DNA from: Macrostomum lignano
Lineage: Eukaryota
Assembly (NCBI GenBank): GCA_002269645.1
Contig: NIVC01002387.1
Coordinates: 62,001-126,000 of the forward strand
Reading direction: 5' to 3'
Length of the DNA: 64,000 nucleotides
Position numbers and translations under genes: made by a program. Below are positions 21,477 to 39,632 of this stretch, in pieces. The notes under the pieces are model-generated. The model did not search any database. It was not told the DNA's origin and saw only the letters and a list, made by a program, of their open reading frames with translations. Every line of letters begins with the position of its first letter. Position 1 is the first letter of the stretch.

Positions 21477-24400
21477 GAAATAGCATTTTTAATTGCATCC
21501 TTAATGCTTAATAAGTCAGTCAACATTTAATTCATTTATGAAAGCAATTAGATATCAATTAATTTGCTAGCCTATAATGAAATCTAGGTGTGTGTCAATA
21601 GCGCATTATGAAACAATTTTTAAATCTAGCGTCCATATTTTTGTAATTCATAGTTTACATAAAGGATCAATAATTTTACTCTTGGATTCTGGGGAGTACA
21701 CTTTTACAAGAGGTTTTTCAATTTTCAATTTTTATTCTTCTGTAGACATGGAGTCAGCAGACTTACACACTGTCAGTCAGTCAGTGCAGGGTAGAGTTAT
21801 TGACAAAAAATGAAATATGACTTTCAATATGGCATCTACAAGTAATCTATTGCTTCCATTCAACTTACAGTATGCCTTTTTTCACAAGGAGCACATGTTG
21901 GTATATGTTCAAGCCCAAGTATTTGATGCATGCTTTGTATTCTATGTCCTAAATCTTGCATTGATAAAGTCAACTAGCTATAATACTAGTCTCCTCTTGG
22001 TTTCAAATAAAAAACTTTGCCTAGCTATGATAATTAGCCATCAGCAAATAATATGGATGAATTAAGTTTCTTACACAACTAGTGCATCCAATGGTCACAA
22101 TAATATCATAAGTTTTAGATCTAGAATGCATTGATGACACATTGGGTTAGACCTAGATTTTCTACTTGGATTATTACTTAGCACAATATCTATTTCAAAA
22201 TAGTAATCAAGGCAACTAACTATAATAAAACATTAATGGTAGGGCTAACTTTGAGTAAACTATCTTGATTTCTAAAAAATATTGTCTCTTAATTGACTTG
22301 TATGCCTTTTTAAACAGACTTGCATAAAACTTCCATTTGGACATTGCCAAGGATTAGGCACTATGGGTTTATTGAATAATCTTTTTTTGTTAGAGATTGC
22401 ATTATCTCTTACAAAAAAGTTTTGATTGTATAATACTAGTAGACAAACAATTCCAATACTCTTATATTAAGATTATTTTACTGTATACTTCTTTTAAAGT
22501 AGTCTAATACTAATACTATTATGAAAATTTTCCAACTTCATATTCTATTAAGTTAGCCTATTGTTTACTTGCATTATTTGTGAAATAAATTACTTTATCT
22601 ATTTTTAATTCTTAAAATGTTAAATAAGAAAATTGTTGAAATAATATACTATAGGACTATTGCCATAGTCAAGGTGCCTATATGCCAGAATTTTCTAGTA
22701 TACATTAGCCCTTTATATTTCTTTGGCATATATATTTGGTATGCTATTACACTTAAATCTTAAAAAGCTATATTTTGCATACAAAAATTGTATACAAAGC
22801 TATTTGAAATTTTGTATATACATCTACTAGTTTCTATAACAAAAGATAGAATATTTCAAAGAAAAAGATAGTGGTTAAAAGGTGATAAGAATATGAACAA
22901 AAAAATATTAATTGAATATGAAAATGCTATTTTAAAAAAAAGAATTTAGATATTATAACTTTATGTAATTATATTAAAAGTTGTTGTAAATGAGAAATAG
23001 ATATAACAAAAATTTTATTATAATGTATATATAAATATTAAATGTAACAATACAAAAGGGCTTTGATTGTTGCAATGAAAAAATGTCCTTTTTTGAAGTT
23101 CAAAAGTAAGGTTGTATAATTTAGAAATTTTGGCATATATTGATATATAAAACTCTGGCATATACTAGAAGTAGACACTTTCTTAACAATAAGGACAATG
23201 GGAGTCTATGGCTATTAGGGGTTGCCCTACATCTTGCTCAGCCATAGGCCTACTGTTTAGATTGTTATCTAATATACAGCCATCCTACTCCTGTTATATT
23301 ATATACATTTTGGCAATGTTGGTTTACTATTAGTAAAAACTGATTTGCCAAAGTTATATACATGGTCACATAACCTAGGGCCCATACATGCGCAACAGTT
23401 GGCCGACCAATTTGGCAGCCAACCAAGGAAGTCACAAAAATGCCCACCTGAAAAACACCCAAGTAGTAGTACTATGTACTAAGTAGCTGATGAGGCATTT
23501 TGGCTTAATAAGACCGTCATAGTTACTCCTGCCGTTTACCCTAAGTTGCGTTAATTTTGCTTTAGGGTTTTTTACATATAAGTTGCATTTTTAGCCAAAA
23601 ACTATATCACATTTTTGTTAAAACTAAGTTGCACAGCCGAATGAATTTTGGAGGTTGCACATGTATGCTAGGGCCTATCCTAAGAATATTCTAGGGTTTT
23701 AATAAAATATTAAAAAATAATTATAGTTTATAGATTCTAGTTCTAAGACAGGGGTCAGAAACCTTTTTCCACTTAAGGGCCAGATAAGGTTTTTTTCAAT
23801 TCAAAACTATAAGCCACAGGTTGCAACCCAGTTAGCCTACTTCACTCTCTCCTAGGTCTTTCTTTACCTTCCAGAATCTACTGCCTGGGTCTTTACCTCC
23901 CAGAATCTGCTTCCTAATTCTTTACCCTCCAGAATCTGCCCCCCTGGGGCCTGGGTCTTTACTATACTAACATTTGTACTCCCATTAATGGCCTATACTA
24001 CTACTATCTCAATTTCCTTTGCCGCAAGTTCCCCTCTTTTTATTCTATTTGAAATTTTGAACTGATACACTGTCTATCTTAAGTTTTTAAACAGTCACTT
24101 ACGCGACTAGTTTGTGCTTCATTACTAATTTGTCATTAAAAGTTGGCAATCGAGGAAAGAAATTCCATTTTAGTGCACAAAACTTTTGTGGGAGAAAATA
24201 TAAAATTACAATAAAGGTATGGGCCAGATTAGGCCTATAATAATTAAGATTAAGGAAGTTTGTAGGCTTCTTTTAGTTAGGCCTAGTTGCTAGTTAGAGG
24301 AGGATCCTAAAAAGAGGATTTGACTTCTTTTTTAAATGCAACATTTCCATCAAAATAAAAACAATGCCAAATGCCAATAGCATATTCCATTCCTAAAGTT

Positions 24401-25504
24401 GACAAAGCTTCAGTATCGCTCTGTCAGTGTTTAGTTGACACAGTCAGTGGAACCAGCCTATGCACTGTTATGCAGTCAGACTGGTGTTGCAGCATTATGA
24501 GATCATAAATGAATGAATTAATTGGTGTACGTACGCAACGTACATCGTTTTTTATAATTAAAGCTGCAGTTTTGCAAAAGACTTCGCTGTTTGAATGTTT
24601 GAATAGAAATCACAAGGTTAAACAAAACGTTTTTAGTTAGTTTATAATGCAACAAGTTAACAGTTTTAAGTTTTCATTTTAGTCTGTATATACTGCAAAC
24701 AAATATGATTTTAACCAGTTAGAATTGCCTTAAAACTTGAATGTAAGTGTACACACATAGATTTGATTTTTGTTAACGATAATTAAAAATTTTACTTACT
24801 GGGATCAGCAATGGACCTACTTAATGGACCAACGGTTCCTACTGTTCAGTTCAATATGACACCAGCCAAGATTTTATTCGCCAAAGTCTTGGTCATAATG
24901 ACGCAAAAAAAGTAAATTTTTACAATCGCATGGCTGGCATAGCTATATACACTTCAGACATAAGCATAGTGCTGCATTACAGACATGACATATTGACTTG
25001 ATTGTCATTATTATAATATTAGAGACATCAGTCAAATGTTGCTTTAGCTACTTCATAGCCCTACGAATCTACGATGGCAGTGTGTATCAAAATTTAATCT
25101 AGGGCTCTTATTGTATATCTATCTAGTAATGTTTTTTCTGTAGCTTTAATCTTTACATCAGAACCTTGGCTTAGCTTTTTATTTTGATTGCTCTATTTCA
25201 AAAGTTGTGATTTTTTATTCGTTTTGGCTTTCTATCTGATCGAACTGACTTTAGACCTAGGCCTACTGCCTTTATTTTTAGATTATTATAACTTTTAATT
25301 CATGAATAGACTAATAATATTAAATAATCATCAATACCCCTTACTAATAGACACTTAAAAACACTGTTAGTGATTAATGATTGAAATTTTAAAGTTGAAA
25401 TTCTAAAAACTTCATGTTTTATGATCTAAAGGTTAAAAATTTAATATCAAATACTTTGAGAAGTACTTTGAGAAATAGCCTAACCCAATTAATTTTTGTT
25501 GCAG

Positions 25505-26175
25505 TAATGTTGCCATATGGCCACAGCAGTGCCAACACTTCCCAATGGCAAAAAGAGGCACCAACACCAAAGAGGCAACCAGCGCATGTATCATTCTATG
25601 CCTGGTTTCTACAGCCTAGCTCAGCCAGTCAACTAGTCCAACTCGCCCAGGCATTTGTTAATAGTGTTGCACTGACAACTGGATTAGATAGAAATGCTAA
25701 CCTCACTCCAAGCTCTAGCACTTTGCTTCATATCACCGCTAAATATTGTGGCAAATGTGGTGCCCAAAGCTACACAGAGCGCTCAGAAGTGGCAGCTTCT
25801 ATTGGCCGGTCATTTGACATCCGCCTGACTGGCTTGCTGCTGCGCCCCGGCTCCAGCCTGGTTGCCAGGGCGGAGCTCTCGCCCAGCCAGCTGGCTCTGT
25901 GGGACAACGAGCCTACAAAAAGTGAAATGCCATCTGGAAAATCGTTGCCACGCGGCTCGCGAGCCCACGTCACCTTGGCAACAGCACCAGGCGTTCGACC
26001 GTCTCAGGCCGGCTTCGATCTGCTCGATGCACTCGCCATCCTGCAGTCTTCGTCCTCGGCGTCGCCTTCAAGCGTCCCTGGCGGCGGCCACATCAGTTGG
26101 CTCAGTGGCGGGCGAGTCTACCTGACCCTGGCCAAGCCGCTTACTGTTGCAGCTGTGTTCGATGCGCACTCGTGA
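25505..26175 (+). CDS. 2',3'-cyclic-nucleotide 3'-phosphodiesterase (CNPase)-type 2H phosphoesterase, catalytic domain only
   Basis: Two HxT motifs (LHITAKYC and RGSRAHVTL) plus ARAELSPSQLALW, GFDLLDAL and LSGGRVYLTL align by eye to vertebrate CNP (LHCTTKFC, ARVELSEQQLQLW, LPRGSRAHITL, GLDLLEIL, LGNGRWMLTL). The acceptor tttgttgcag at 25504 is followed by an ATG at 25507. An upstream exon is possible but was not found. Confidence 0.85.
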
Positions 26176-26644
26176 CCTTTTTTGTATACACTGGGCCAAG
26201 GAATTCTAAATCTAGCAACTGGAATGACAACTGAAATATCAGCTATACAAGATGAGGCCAAGATTAGAGATCGCAAGCGTGCGACCTAAACACACAGAGC
26301 ATTCAAAAAGAAGGATCGTATTTCAAAGTTCTGAAACAATAACAAAATCAGAGGAATGAAACGCGACATAAGAAGACGTTGAAATTATATCAATTTCTAA
26401 ATGTAACACAAGTAGGCACAGGAGTATGTCAAGCAAGCAGAGCAAGAACAAATGGCTTATAAACTGTATTGAGAAACTTTACAAAGAGCAAACAAAAAGA
26501 AACGAAAACTGTAAGCACAATTCAGAAATGTCTGGCAAGTAAAGAAAGAATACAGCAATAAAACTAAATGAATCTCACTTTTGCCAGGCCAGTTACACCA
26601 GTCTGGCTATGCGAAAAATTGTTAGTCGGCACCACACATCAAAA

Positions 26645-27277
26645 TCAATGCTTCCCACCTGTGAGTTTTTGCAGTTTCGTCAACTTCCTCTTCAATGTTT
26701 TGTTTGTCTCAGCTTGATTGATCTGCTTTGTTAGCATCTTGGACGTGCAATTGAAAAACCTGTTGATGATCTTGCGGACCAGATCATGGCCAGCGGTGCA
26801 GTGTGTCCTACCAAATAGAAAGTTACCATGATCTGGCAGCACGAGGTCCATCGCGAGATAAAATGTCTCCCTTTGATCGCGAAGCTCGTGGAGTTTTTGT
26901 GAAATATGATGGCATGCTGGTCGTGCTGTATTGGGGGGGGGGGAACGGCAATCTCTCTTAATCTTCTTTTTACAAGATTGGCACCTTCTTCGTGTTGTTT
27001 CTTTTTCCGTTACGCATTTGCTGTCCTGATTCTCAGTAATAAAATCTGATTCCGTGAAGTGAAGAGAGCAAATTCGAGTGTGCTTCGATGGCTTGAAAGT
27101 TGCTTCTCGGGAAATGCTCTTTAACCATTTTTCCAGCAGGTCGTCTCGATTCGGAAACTTGTGGAATGAAATCCTCGCTGACCATGCCGTTGCCGACTCG
27201 CTGCCGGACTTGCGGCCAAAAACGGCGCATTTATTTGGCATGCAGAGGACGCAGAGACTTGGCTTCAGGAAAGTCAC
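26645..27277 (-). mobile_element. THAP-domain ORF joined to a P-element/THAP9-like transposase C-terminus; internally deleted or degenerate element
   Basis: MPNKCAVFG...FHKFP...KWL...ICSLHFTESDF is a THAP finger with the second Cys replaced by Arg. The tail HDLVRKIINRFFNC...KRKLTKLQ resembles P-type transposase ends. There is no catalytic core and I could not locate TIRs. Confidence 0.65.
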
Positions 27278-28429
27278 TCTGGCATATTAGTGCTTACAGG
27301 CTAAGACAAAATAAGGCGAACGAAGCTGATTCTTCTTATAGTGGCAATCTAAGTTGATGCAGCAAACAAATCCTATGTCTGTGGCAATCGCAGTAAGCCT
27401 CATCTTGTATAAAAAAAGTCCTCACCGCTATTTCAGTTGTCATTCCAGTTGCTGGATTTAGAATTCCTTGGTGTAGCCCATGGATCTCCTTCATCCATGG
27501 TGAAGCCTCCCCTCGCAAGTAACAGACAGTTGACTACGGACTGTCTATGGTTATTCAGGTAGAGTGATCCAGCAGAATGGTTCAAAAGTTGACAGCGGCG
27601 GAGAGATGGCGAGAGAATGTTGAGAAAATTAACTTAATTAAGAGAAAACTCTCTCTAATTTGAGTTGATACCAAAACAGTCAGTGGGGCTCATGGCTCAA
27701 ACGGGTTGTCAATAAACTAGGGTAGGGGGTTGAATTCAAGATTAGAAATAATAATACAGGGTTTAAAAATCTACTAAAACATTGTCACTATTACAAAAAG
27801 TAAAAATTTCACCTTACTACTACCAACGGCCATTGCGATTTTTTTGTTTTTTTGCTAAAAAAAGCTGGGTGATTTCAAAATCTGCGCTTCTAAATGAGTT
27901 TATAGAGTAAAACTTTTAGCTAGGCCTACTGTCAGTAGTATAAAACATGATTTTCGACTAGGCATGTTTTTTTATAAGTGTTGAATTGCCTTGTGTAAAA
28001 TTTTCTTTGTTGGAGTTAAAGCTGTTGTTTTAATATTTTGAATTCCATAATTCGATATTTTTGGTAGTTCATTTGTTAAATTTTTTGATCATTCGATGTT
28101 TGTTTTGATTTCTATTACGACCTGCAATATGTATCAAACTAATTCAGGTCTATATAATATATTTAAATACACGTGCCATTTTTTATGGTGATTGGTGACT
28201 GAATAGAGTGCAGAATAATATTACAACACACTGGTCTTTCTTAAAGTTCTTACTCATTTTAACGAATTTTTTAAAGCCAAGGCTCATTTATTGGCCCCAC
28301 CCCCTCAGCTTAAACCCTCCAACCGCGCCTTTCCACACAAAACCTACCCCCGCCCCACCCCAATTTTTATCGCCTTTCTCGGAATTCAAGCCTAAAGCTG
28401 CCATGTACATGCCAGTGGACTGGCTAATG

Positions 28430-28930
28430 TACATTATTGCTGAACCAATTAGCAAGTTGTTTACGCCTGAAAGCTGGGATTCTAAACTTATCAGACATTT
28501 CAGCTGCCTTTATTTTTAAAGATTAGCTGATACATTCATTCTTTGCTACTGAACTGAAAGTAGAAAGCTGTTTTACTGAGTATTTATGCCTGAGTGGCCC
28601 ATCCAGTCATTTTAGTATCTGTGCTCTTAACCCTAGCTTAAATCCTCCAACCACGCCACGCCTTTCTACACAAAACGTTTAGCCGCGCCTAGCCGTCTTC
28701 TAGTTCAGTGGCGCTGGCTATCGTACATTACGGCTAAACCAATTAGCAAGTTGTTTACGCCTGCAAGCTTGGGCTTCTAAACTTACGAGTGTATCAATGT
28801 CCAGCTGGCTTTATTTTCAAAAAATAGCTTATGTATTCTTTTTTGCTACTTAATTAAGAAGTAGAAAGCTGTTGTAACTGCGCATATGCGTAAGAGGCCA
28901 TCTAGTTTGTTTCAGTATATGTGGTTTGGG
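28430..28930 (+). repeat. Two diverged tandem copies of a dispersed repeat also present at window position 17-113
   Basis: aaccaattagcaagttgtttacgcctg occurs at about 28443 and 28738. ttctttgctactgaact...gttttactgagta...ttttagtatctgtg at about 28540-28624 matches positions 20-113. Confidence 0.75.
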
Positions 28931-29589
28931 CTGGATGCAGGGATGCAGCCCAGCTATAAATCAGAGAAAAAACATTTGAATGAGAAGCTTATAACGATGG
29001 AGTAGAAAAAAAGCATATTTTTTTGTTTCCAACTGTCCTTCGGAAGCTCGTCTCTCTCGTTAAATGAATGTACGAGTATGGCTACCGAGTTAAGAATTTT
29101 TTCGAATCCGCTTTGGCTACAGATGTTGGCATTGTGCGCAGGCAATGCCACGCAGGGCACTGAGGGTGTTCAATGAGCCGAGACGGAATGTACAAATTTT
29201 AAAAGAAAAATAGTGCATAAAAAACTAATAAGTCTATGCTATCTTATAATAAAACGTTTTTGCGGCGATGGAGAGATTCTGCCCTCCAAGTCTGGCTTCA
29301 ACAGGCGTCAGTCGCAGTTTCTGTTCAAAAATAGTTTCTGGCTTGAGCAGTTCAGCGGCCACAATACTTAGCTCGTAGTGGCGGCTTCAGTGAGAGAGAG
29401 ACAGAGAGAAAGATGAAAAGCGAGTCTCCAGCAGCAGTTGCTTTTTGCGCATAATGAGTCTCTGTTCTCAGAAAGTAAAAAGGCAGCGCGTTTTGGCAAA
29501 ATATAATTTTCTTTCACACTGACAAAACTTGCCCCCGAGGTTTTCTCCGAGCGTCGGGGTTAGAGAGAAATCCACCTCTGTGCCACAGC

Positions 29590-34355
<4,766 letters not shown>

Positions 34356-34544
34356 ATCGCCCTAAATTATTTGCTTTTCTTAGTAGTTGATAGATCATAC
34401 AATATAGTCCAAACATGAAAAAGGGTAGCTAACGAACTATTCGGCTTAAAGTTCATGCTACGGATATTAATTTTATTGTCAGTTTTTACTAAAAGGGGAA
34501 CTTCTGGAAGTGTACTGTGGAAACTTCATTCCATCTCTTATGAG

Positions 34545-35172
34545 CCTCTGACTTCATGCCCAATCCTGACCTCCACGACCACTTCTGCAGCCACCTCACT
34601 CTTTGCCCATGCCAACCCCACTTCTGCAGCCACTTCACTCTTTGCCCATGCCAACCCCACTTCTGCAGACACCTTACTCTTTGCCCATTCCAACCCCACT
34701 TCTGCAGCCACCTCACTCCCTGTCCATGCCAACCCCCACTTCTGCAGCCACCTCAATCCCTGTCCATGCCAACCCCCACTTCTGCAGCCACCTCACTCCC
34801 TGTCCATGCCAACCCCCACTTCTGCAGCCACCTCACTCCCCTGTCCATTCCAACCCCCACTTCTGCAGCCACCTCACTCCCCTGTCCATTCCAACCCCCA
34901 CTTCTGCAGCCACCTTACTCCCCTGTTCATACCAACCCCCACTTCTGCAGCCACCTCACTCCCTGGCCATGCCAACCCCCACTTCTGCAGCCACCTCACT
35001 CCGTCCATGCCAACCCCCACTTCTGCAGCCACCTCACTCCGTCCATGCCAACCCCCACTTCTGCAGCCACCTCACTCCGTCCATGCCAACCCCCACTTCT
35101 GCAGCCACCTCACTCCCTGTCCATGCCAACCCCCACTTCTGCAGCCACCTCCCTCCCTGTCCATGCCAACCC
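34545..35172. repeat. Minisatellite, about 38-41 bp unit (ccatgccaacccccacttctgcagccacctcactccctgt)
   Basis: Period seen directly, about 15 copies. Confidence 0.9.
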
Positions 35173-37229
35173 CATTAAGACTCATTTAGTTTTCACTACA
35201 TGGAACTGCAACGCATAAAGTATGCCCGTCGAATTTTTTATGGAATGCTAGAATTCCAAAATTTGAAGGTTTTAAGTTCTGTTCCTGGCTCTTTTTCTGT
35301 CTGTATCAGCTCGATGATCAGACAGACGCAGCTATCTTAGCTAGTCCCATTCTGAAGAAATGTTAGAAGTTTTCATCCATGCTTGTTTGATTCTATTAAA
35401 TGTGAATTTTTGAAATTTTATTCCAAATTAAATTTTACCGTTAGTGATGTAGGTGTATTGTTTCTAGTTCGAAAGTCAATATTATTTTGATGGTGACTAT
35501 TCTTTTAATGAAATACTGTAATATAGTAGAAGTTACGGTTAACGTTATTTCATTAAAATGACTCAAGTTTAAATTGAGTTTAAATTGTCTTACACTTCCC
35601 GAAGAAATTTTTCTTTTTTACAGTAAAAAACAAGCTGTTTTTTAGACTAATTATAGTAAAATTATTTTTACATTTTTGGCTCCGATCTAAATTTTCATGT
35701 ATCCCCCTTTTGCCCCGGGCGAGTGTCTATGTGACGCATGTTTTCATTTATTTCCCTAGGTGAATAAATCATTTATTTCCCGCTGCCCCGCGGGCTGATA
35801 AATTCGAGACAACAACCATAGACAACGAACGGGGGATACATATCATATTCCCCACTCATTTAACAAATAAATAAACAAATAAATGGGGAATATATACCAT
35901 TGATCTATTCAATCCGAACATACAAAATCGATAACCTTACATGTACATAAAAGTAAATTAATATGATTTGTATATCTACGTGTATTTACTAACAAGCAGT
36001 GCAGATCTGTTTTTCGCGATCTCATTAATTGGTTGCAACAATATTTTTGTGTGGACCGATTGCGTTTTAACAATTATTATTGTTAGTAATTAAAGTTAAT
36101 AATTATATGACGACCTACTCAAGGAGAATCTCACAGCACTTTCAACTTGTGCATGCAAATTTTACGGGGAGTTCGATTTTTCTTTTTAAGTATTTCATTC
36201 GTCCGAAGTTGTCCCATGTTAAGCTGCAAAACTGTTTTTACCCATTTTCATCATTTTTACATTGGAATCTTCTAACAACTCTACTGCTAGTAGGATTACA
36301 ATAAGAAACAAAGTAGAAGAAATAGGACGTAAAATAAAATTAAAAAGTTGTGGATTTTTTGAAGGCCAATTTCCTGGAAACAATACTCTGCGGAGATAGG
36401 AAAAACCATTTTTTTCATAACATAATCAATGATTGTGTGACGATTATCCGGTGGCCTCGAAAGTAATTAACGAAGACAAACACGCGGCAGAGGCAAGTTT
36501 TGTAGCGGTAGCACTTGATGATAGTAACGGCCGATGCGGGCAACGGCCGCAGTCTTTGTTTATTGTAACCGTATAAGAGGATAGTTAGGCTTGCTATTAT
36601 CAATTCCGTCTGGGTGGTCAACAGAGATAGGTCAGAATACTTGCTGAATCCGTAAGAAATGCACTGGGCGACTACGCAACAATAAGATAGATGGTAGACG
36701 ATAGCGTGAGTCGATGAGCCTGAGGCAATGGTGACGATATGATGGCGGTGAACGTGTGGTGGCGGTGCTCGTAGCGAGAGCTCGTACAGACAGTAGAGGT
36801 GGCGTGACTGAGACTTGGCAGAGGCGTGGTTTAGAACCGTGGCGGAGCGAGGCGGAGAGAGAAGGCAAGCAAACAAGGAGTGCCGGGGTGGCAAGGGTCT
36901 AAGGGGTCTAAGGGCCTAAGGCGGGGCTAACCCCAAGCGCCCCAGCCAGACAGGACTGATAAGGAGCAGGCTGGGGGTGGGTGCGCGCGGAGAACTTAAT
37001 TTCAGGCTAACATAATTTATGCGCGGCTTTTCTATTGGCCGACGAGAAAAACAGAAATTATCGATCGCCTACTGTACTTGGGCTTTACAAACGTACGCAA
37101 GTTGTTTAAAATTCTTTGGGCACTACTTTAGGCGGACGTGAGAGTACGAGACCATTAAATTAACAATATTATAGATTGTAACGTATGCTAAAACGGCCCT
37201 TGTCGGGGCTACTTAAATTGACAACGTCA

Positions 37230-37660
37230 CAATTGCGTTTGATCTGGGGCAGTGAAAATTACCATTATTTTAATGATTTATATGGCTAGCTGTCTAGTAA
37301 AAGTTTCATTTTCATATTATTTTTTATTTAAAAAGCCAAAAGCTGTATGCACTGACTGTGTTGTATGTAGGAACTAATATGCATTGAAATGAAAGTATGC
37401 CACCAATAATGGCTTAAGAGTACCTGCATACAACATTTTTATTACAAATATACTTGTATTTAAGAAACAAAAAACAAAAAGTAAGGCTAATGCCACTTGT
37501 GAGCATTTTCAACTTTTGGTTTTGCTAAATTAAAGGAAAACTATATGAAAATGAAACTTTCACTACCACAACTATATAAAACACAATTAAGAGAGTAAAA
37601 TGATTTGCATGCCAAATTAAAAGATTGATAATCTTCACTGCCCCAGATTAAATGCAATGA
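37230..37660. mobile_element. Probable MITE (non-autonomous DNA element) with about 30 bp imperfect terminal and internal inverted repeats
   Basis: attgcgtttgatctggggcagtgaaaatta (about 37232) is inverted at taatcttcactgccccagattaaatgcaat (about 37629). An inner pair aaagtttcattttcatat / atatgaaaatgaaacttt is also present. The interior is AT-rich and non-coding. No TSD identified. Confidence 0.65.
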
Positions 37661-38059
37661 ATTGATTTTTATGATGAAAGAATGACTTTCTTAGCTCTTA
37701 TCTCCGCAGTGTATTTTTCTCCAAGAAATAGGCCTAAAAAATTACACGATCTTTGTGAGTTTTATATCTAAAGCAAAATATAATTGGATAATTATAGCGC
37801 TAAGGGTGCTACACTTTCAAACTTTTGAGCACTATAAATGTACTTTATTACTTTCTCAAGGGGGTAAACACATGTTTACTCTAAGTAGGTTTAGTAGAAA
37901 ACCAACAATTTTAATGAGAGGGAGAACTTCCATCTGCAGGAGTGCCTGCAGAAGTTGCCAACAGTTATCCAGGAGATATACATGCCCTTGCATGCATGCC
38001 GATGCAATCATTAGTCAAAGGTTGACTGGAACACTCTTGGCCAGTGGCCGGTCAGATGT

Positions 38060-38962
38060 TTGTCTCTTCTGCTGTTCTGGTTGCCACGGTTCCGCGGCCG
38101 AGGAGCAACCGACTACAGTGGTGACAATGGCCGTCTCCTCGGAGGCGGCCTCGGGTCCGACGATGGTGGCGCAGGTTCTGGATGTCGACATCAGGTGGAT
38201 CTAAACGTGGCAAAATTTATTTTTGTTTTAATTTGTGGTTTTTTCAAATTTAAATTTGAAATTCAAGCAGCAATCACAATACCGATTGGCGACCTCCAAA
38301 ATATAAATATTAGTTTTGATGCCCGGAAATGACGATGCACCATTTACATATGGAAGTAAATATGTCCATTCCGCTGATTCGGGCCAGATTTGAGAGAAAA
38401 GAAGAAGATAATAGGAGAGGAGAGGAGAGAAAAGAGGAGGAGAGGATAGAAGAGCAGAGATGAGAGGAGAGGGGAGAGGAGAGAGCCGAGAAGGGACACA
38501 AGCCTTGGGTGTGCTGGATTGCTATTTTGAAGTTTCAAAGGACCCGAGGGCCGCATAGAGAGGCTTTGCGGGCCGGAGTTCGCCGACCCCTGCTTTAGGG
38601 GTTGAGTCAATGACTCTCCTGCTGGGTGTGAATGGCGTGACAACCTCTGGCACCAAAGGAATGCGGCCGCTCCCAGGATCGAACCAGGGATCGCGACTCG
38701 CGAGTCAGGTGCGTTTACCGCTGAGCTGTTTTGTCTCTCGCATGTCCCTTTCAGAGTGCATGCTCACCTCATCCACAGAGTCGTCAGTGCTCATGTCACG
38801 ATGCCGACCAGAGGCCAGAAGCCGGGTGCCCCTGAGCGGCTGATGCAGAACATCATCAGCTTCGGCATCAACGATCGCCTCATCGAAGCTGACTGCCGTT
38901 TCGACTACTGCGGCTTCGTTGTTGCGGCGGAGGCAGCCGAGGTCGCGATTTCTGATGTACAG
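38060..38962 (+). CDS. Two putative coding exons (ending 38194; 38755-38962) of an unrecognised, possibly secreted protein; weak VIT-domain resemblance
   Basis: GC-rich open frames joined in phase: ATC AG|gtggat...ccctttcag|A GTG CAT, with a strong donor cag|gtactg at 38963. No downstream exons were identified. Confidence 0.4.
38530..38595 (-). mobile_element. hAT-type MITE end (caggggtcggcgaac...ggcccgc...atgcggccc)
   Basis: Minus strand begins caggggtcggcgaactccggcccgc, the form typical of non-autonomous hAT termini. A related caggggtcagaaacctttt...gggcca occurs at about 23750. Confidence 0.4.
38663..38727 (-). mobile_element. tRNA-derived SINE-like sequence or tRNA pseudogene
   Basis: Minus strand agctcagcggtaaacgcacctgactcgcgagtcgcgatccctggttcgatcctgggagcggccgc has A box, B box and T-arm, but no 5' acceptor-stem partner. 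Confidence 0.55.
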
Positions 38963-39094
38963 GTACTGGGTGGAGTGTTTGGAATTGCAATTTATCCCAG
39001 TGCTCGATTTTCTACGAAGAAAACACTTGAAAGGTCAATGGGGGAGTGGGATCGGAGGACAATAGGAGAATGGGATTTTTAGAGGTTAGTGGGA

Positions 39095-39632
39095 GAATGG
39101 GATGTGAGAGAATGGGATTTGAGAGAATGGGATTTGAGAGAATGGGATCTGAGAGAATGGGATCTGAGAGAATGGGATCTGAGAGAATGGGACCTGAGAG
39201 AATGGGATCTGAGAGAATGGGATCTGAGAGAATGGGACCTGAGAGAATGGGATCTGAGAGAATGGGATCTGAGAGAATGGAAACTGAGAGAATGGAAACT
39301 GAGAGAATGGGAACTGAGAGAATGGGAACTGAGAGAATGGGAACTGAGAGAATGGGAACTGAGAGAATGGAAACCGAGAGAATGGAAACTGAGAGAATGG
39401 GATCTGAGAGAATGGGATCTGAGAGAATGGGATCTGATAGAATGGGATCTGATAGAATGGGATCTGATAGAATGGGATCTGAGAGAATGGGATCTGATAG
39501 AATGGGATCTGATAGAATGGGATCTGATAGAATGGGATCTGATAGAATGGGATCTGATAGAATGGGATCTGAGAGAATGGGATCTGATAGAATGGGATCT
39601 GATAGAATGGGATCTGATAGAATGGGATCTGA
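39095..39632. repeat. Minisatellite, 15 bp unit (gagagaatgggatct)
   Basis: Seen directly; source of the ERMGS/SHSLR ORFs. Confidence 0.95.

Noticed and set aside
36415-36990. 159 aa and 78 aa ORFs with a GC-rich flank
   Set aside because: No motif, no splice support and no element boundaries found.
38663-38727. Functional tRNA gene
   Set aside because: It lacks the 5' acceptor-stem half and a canonical anticodon loop; treated as a tRNA-derived SINE fragment.
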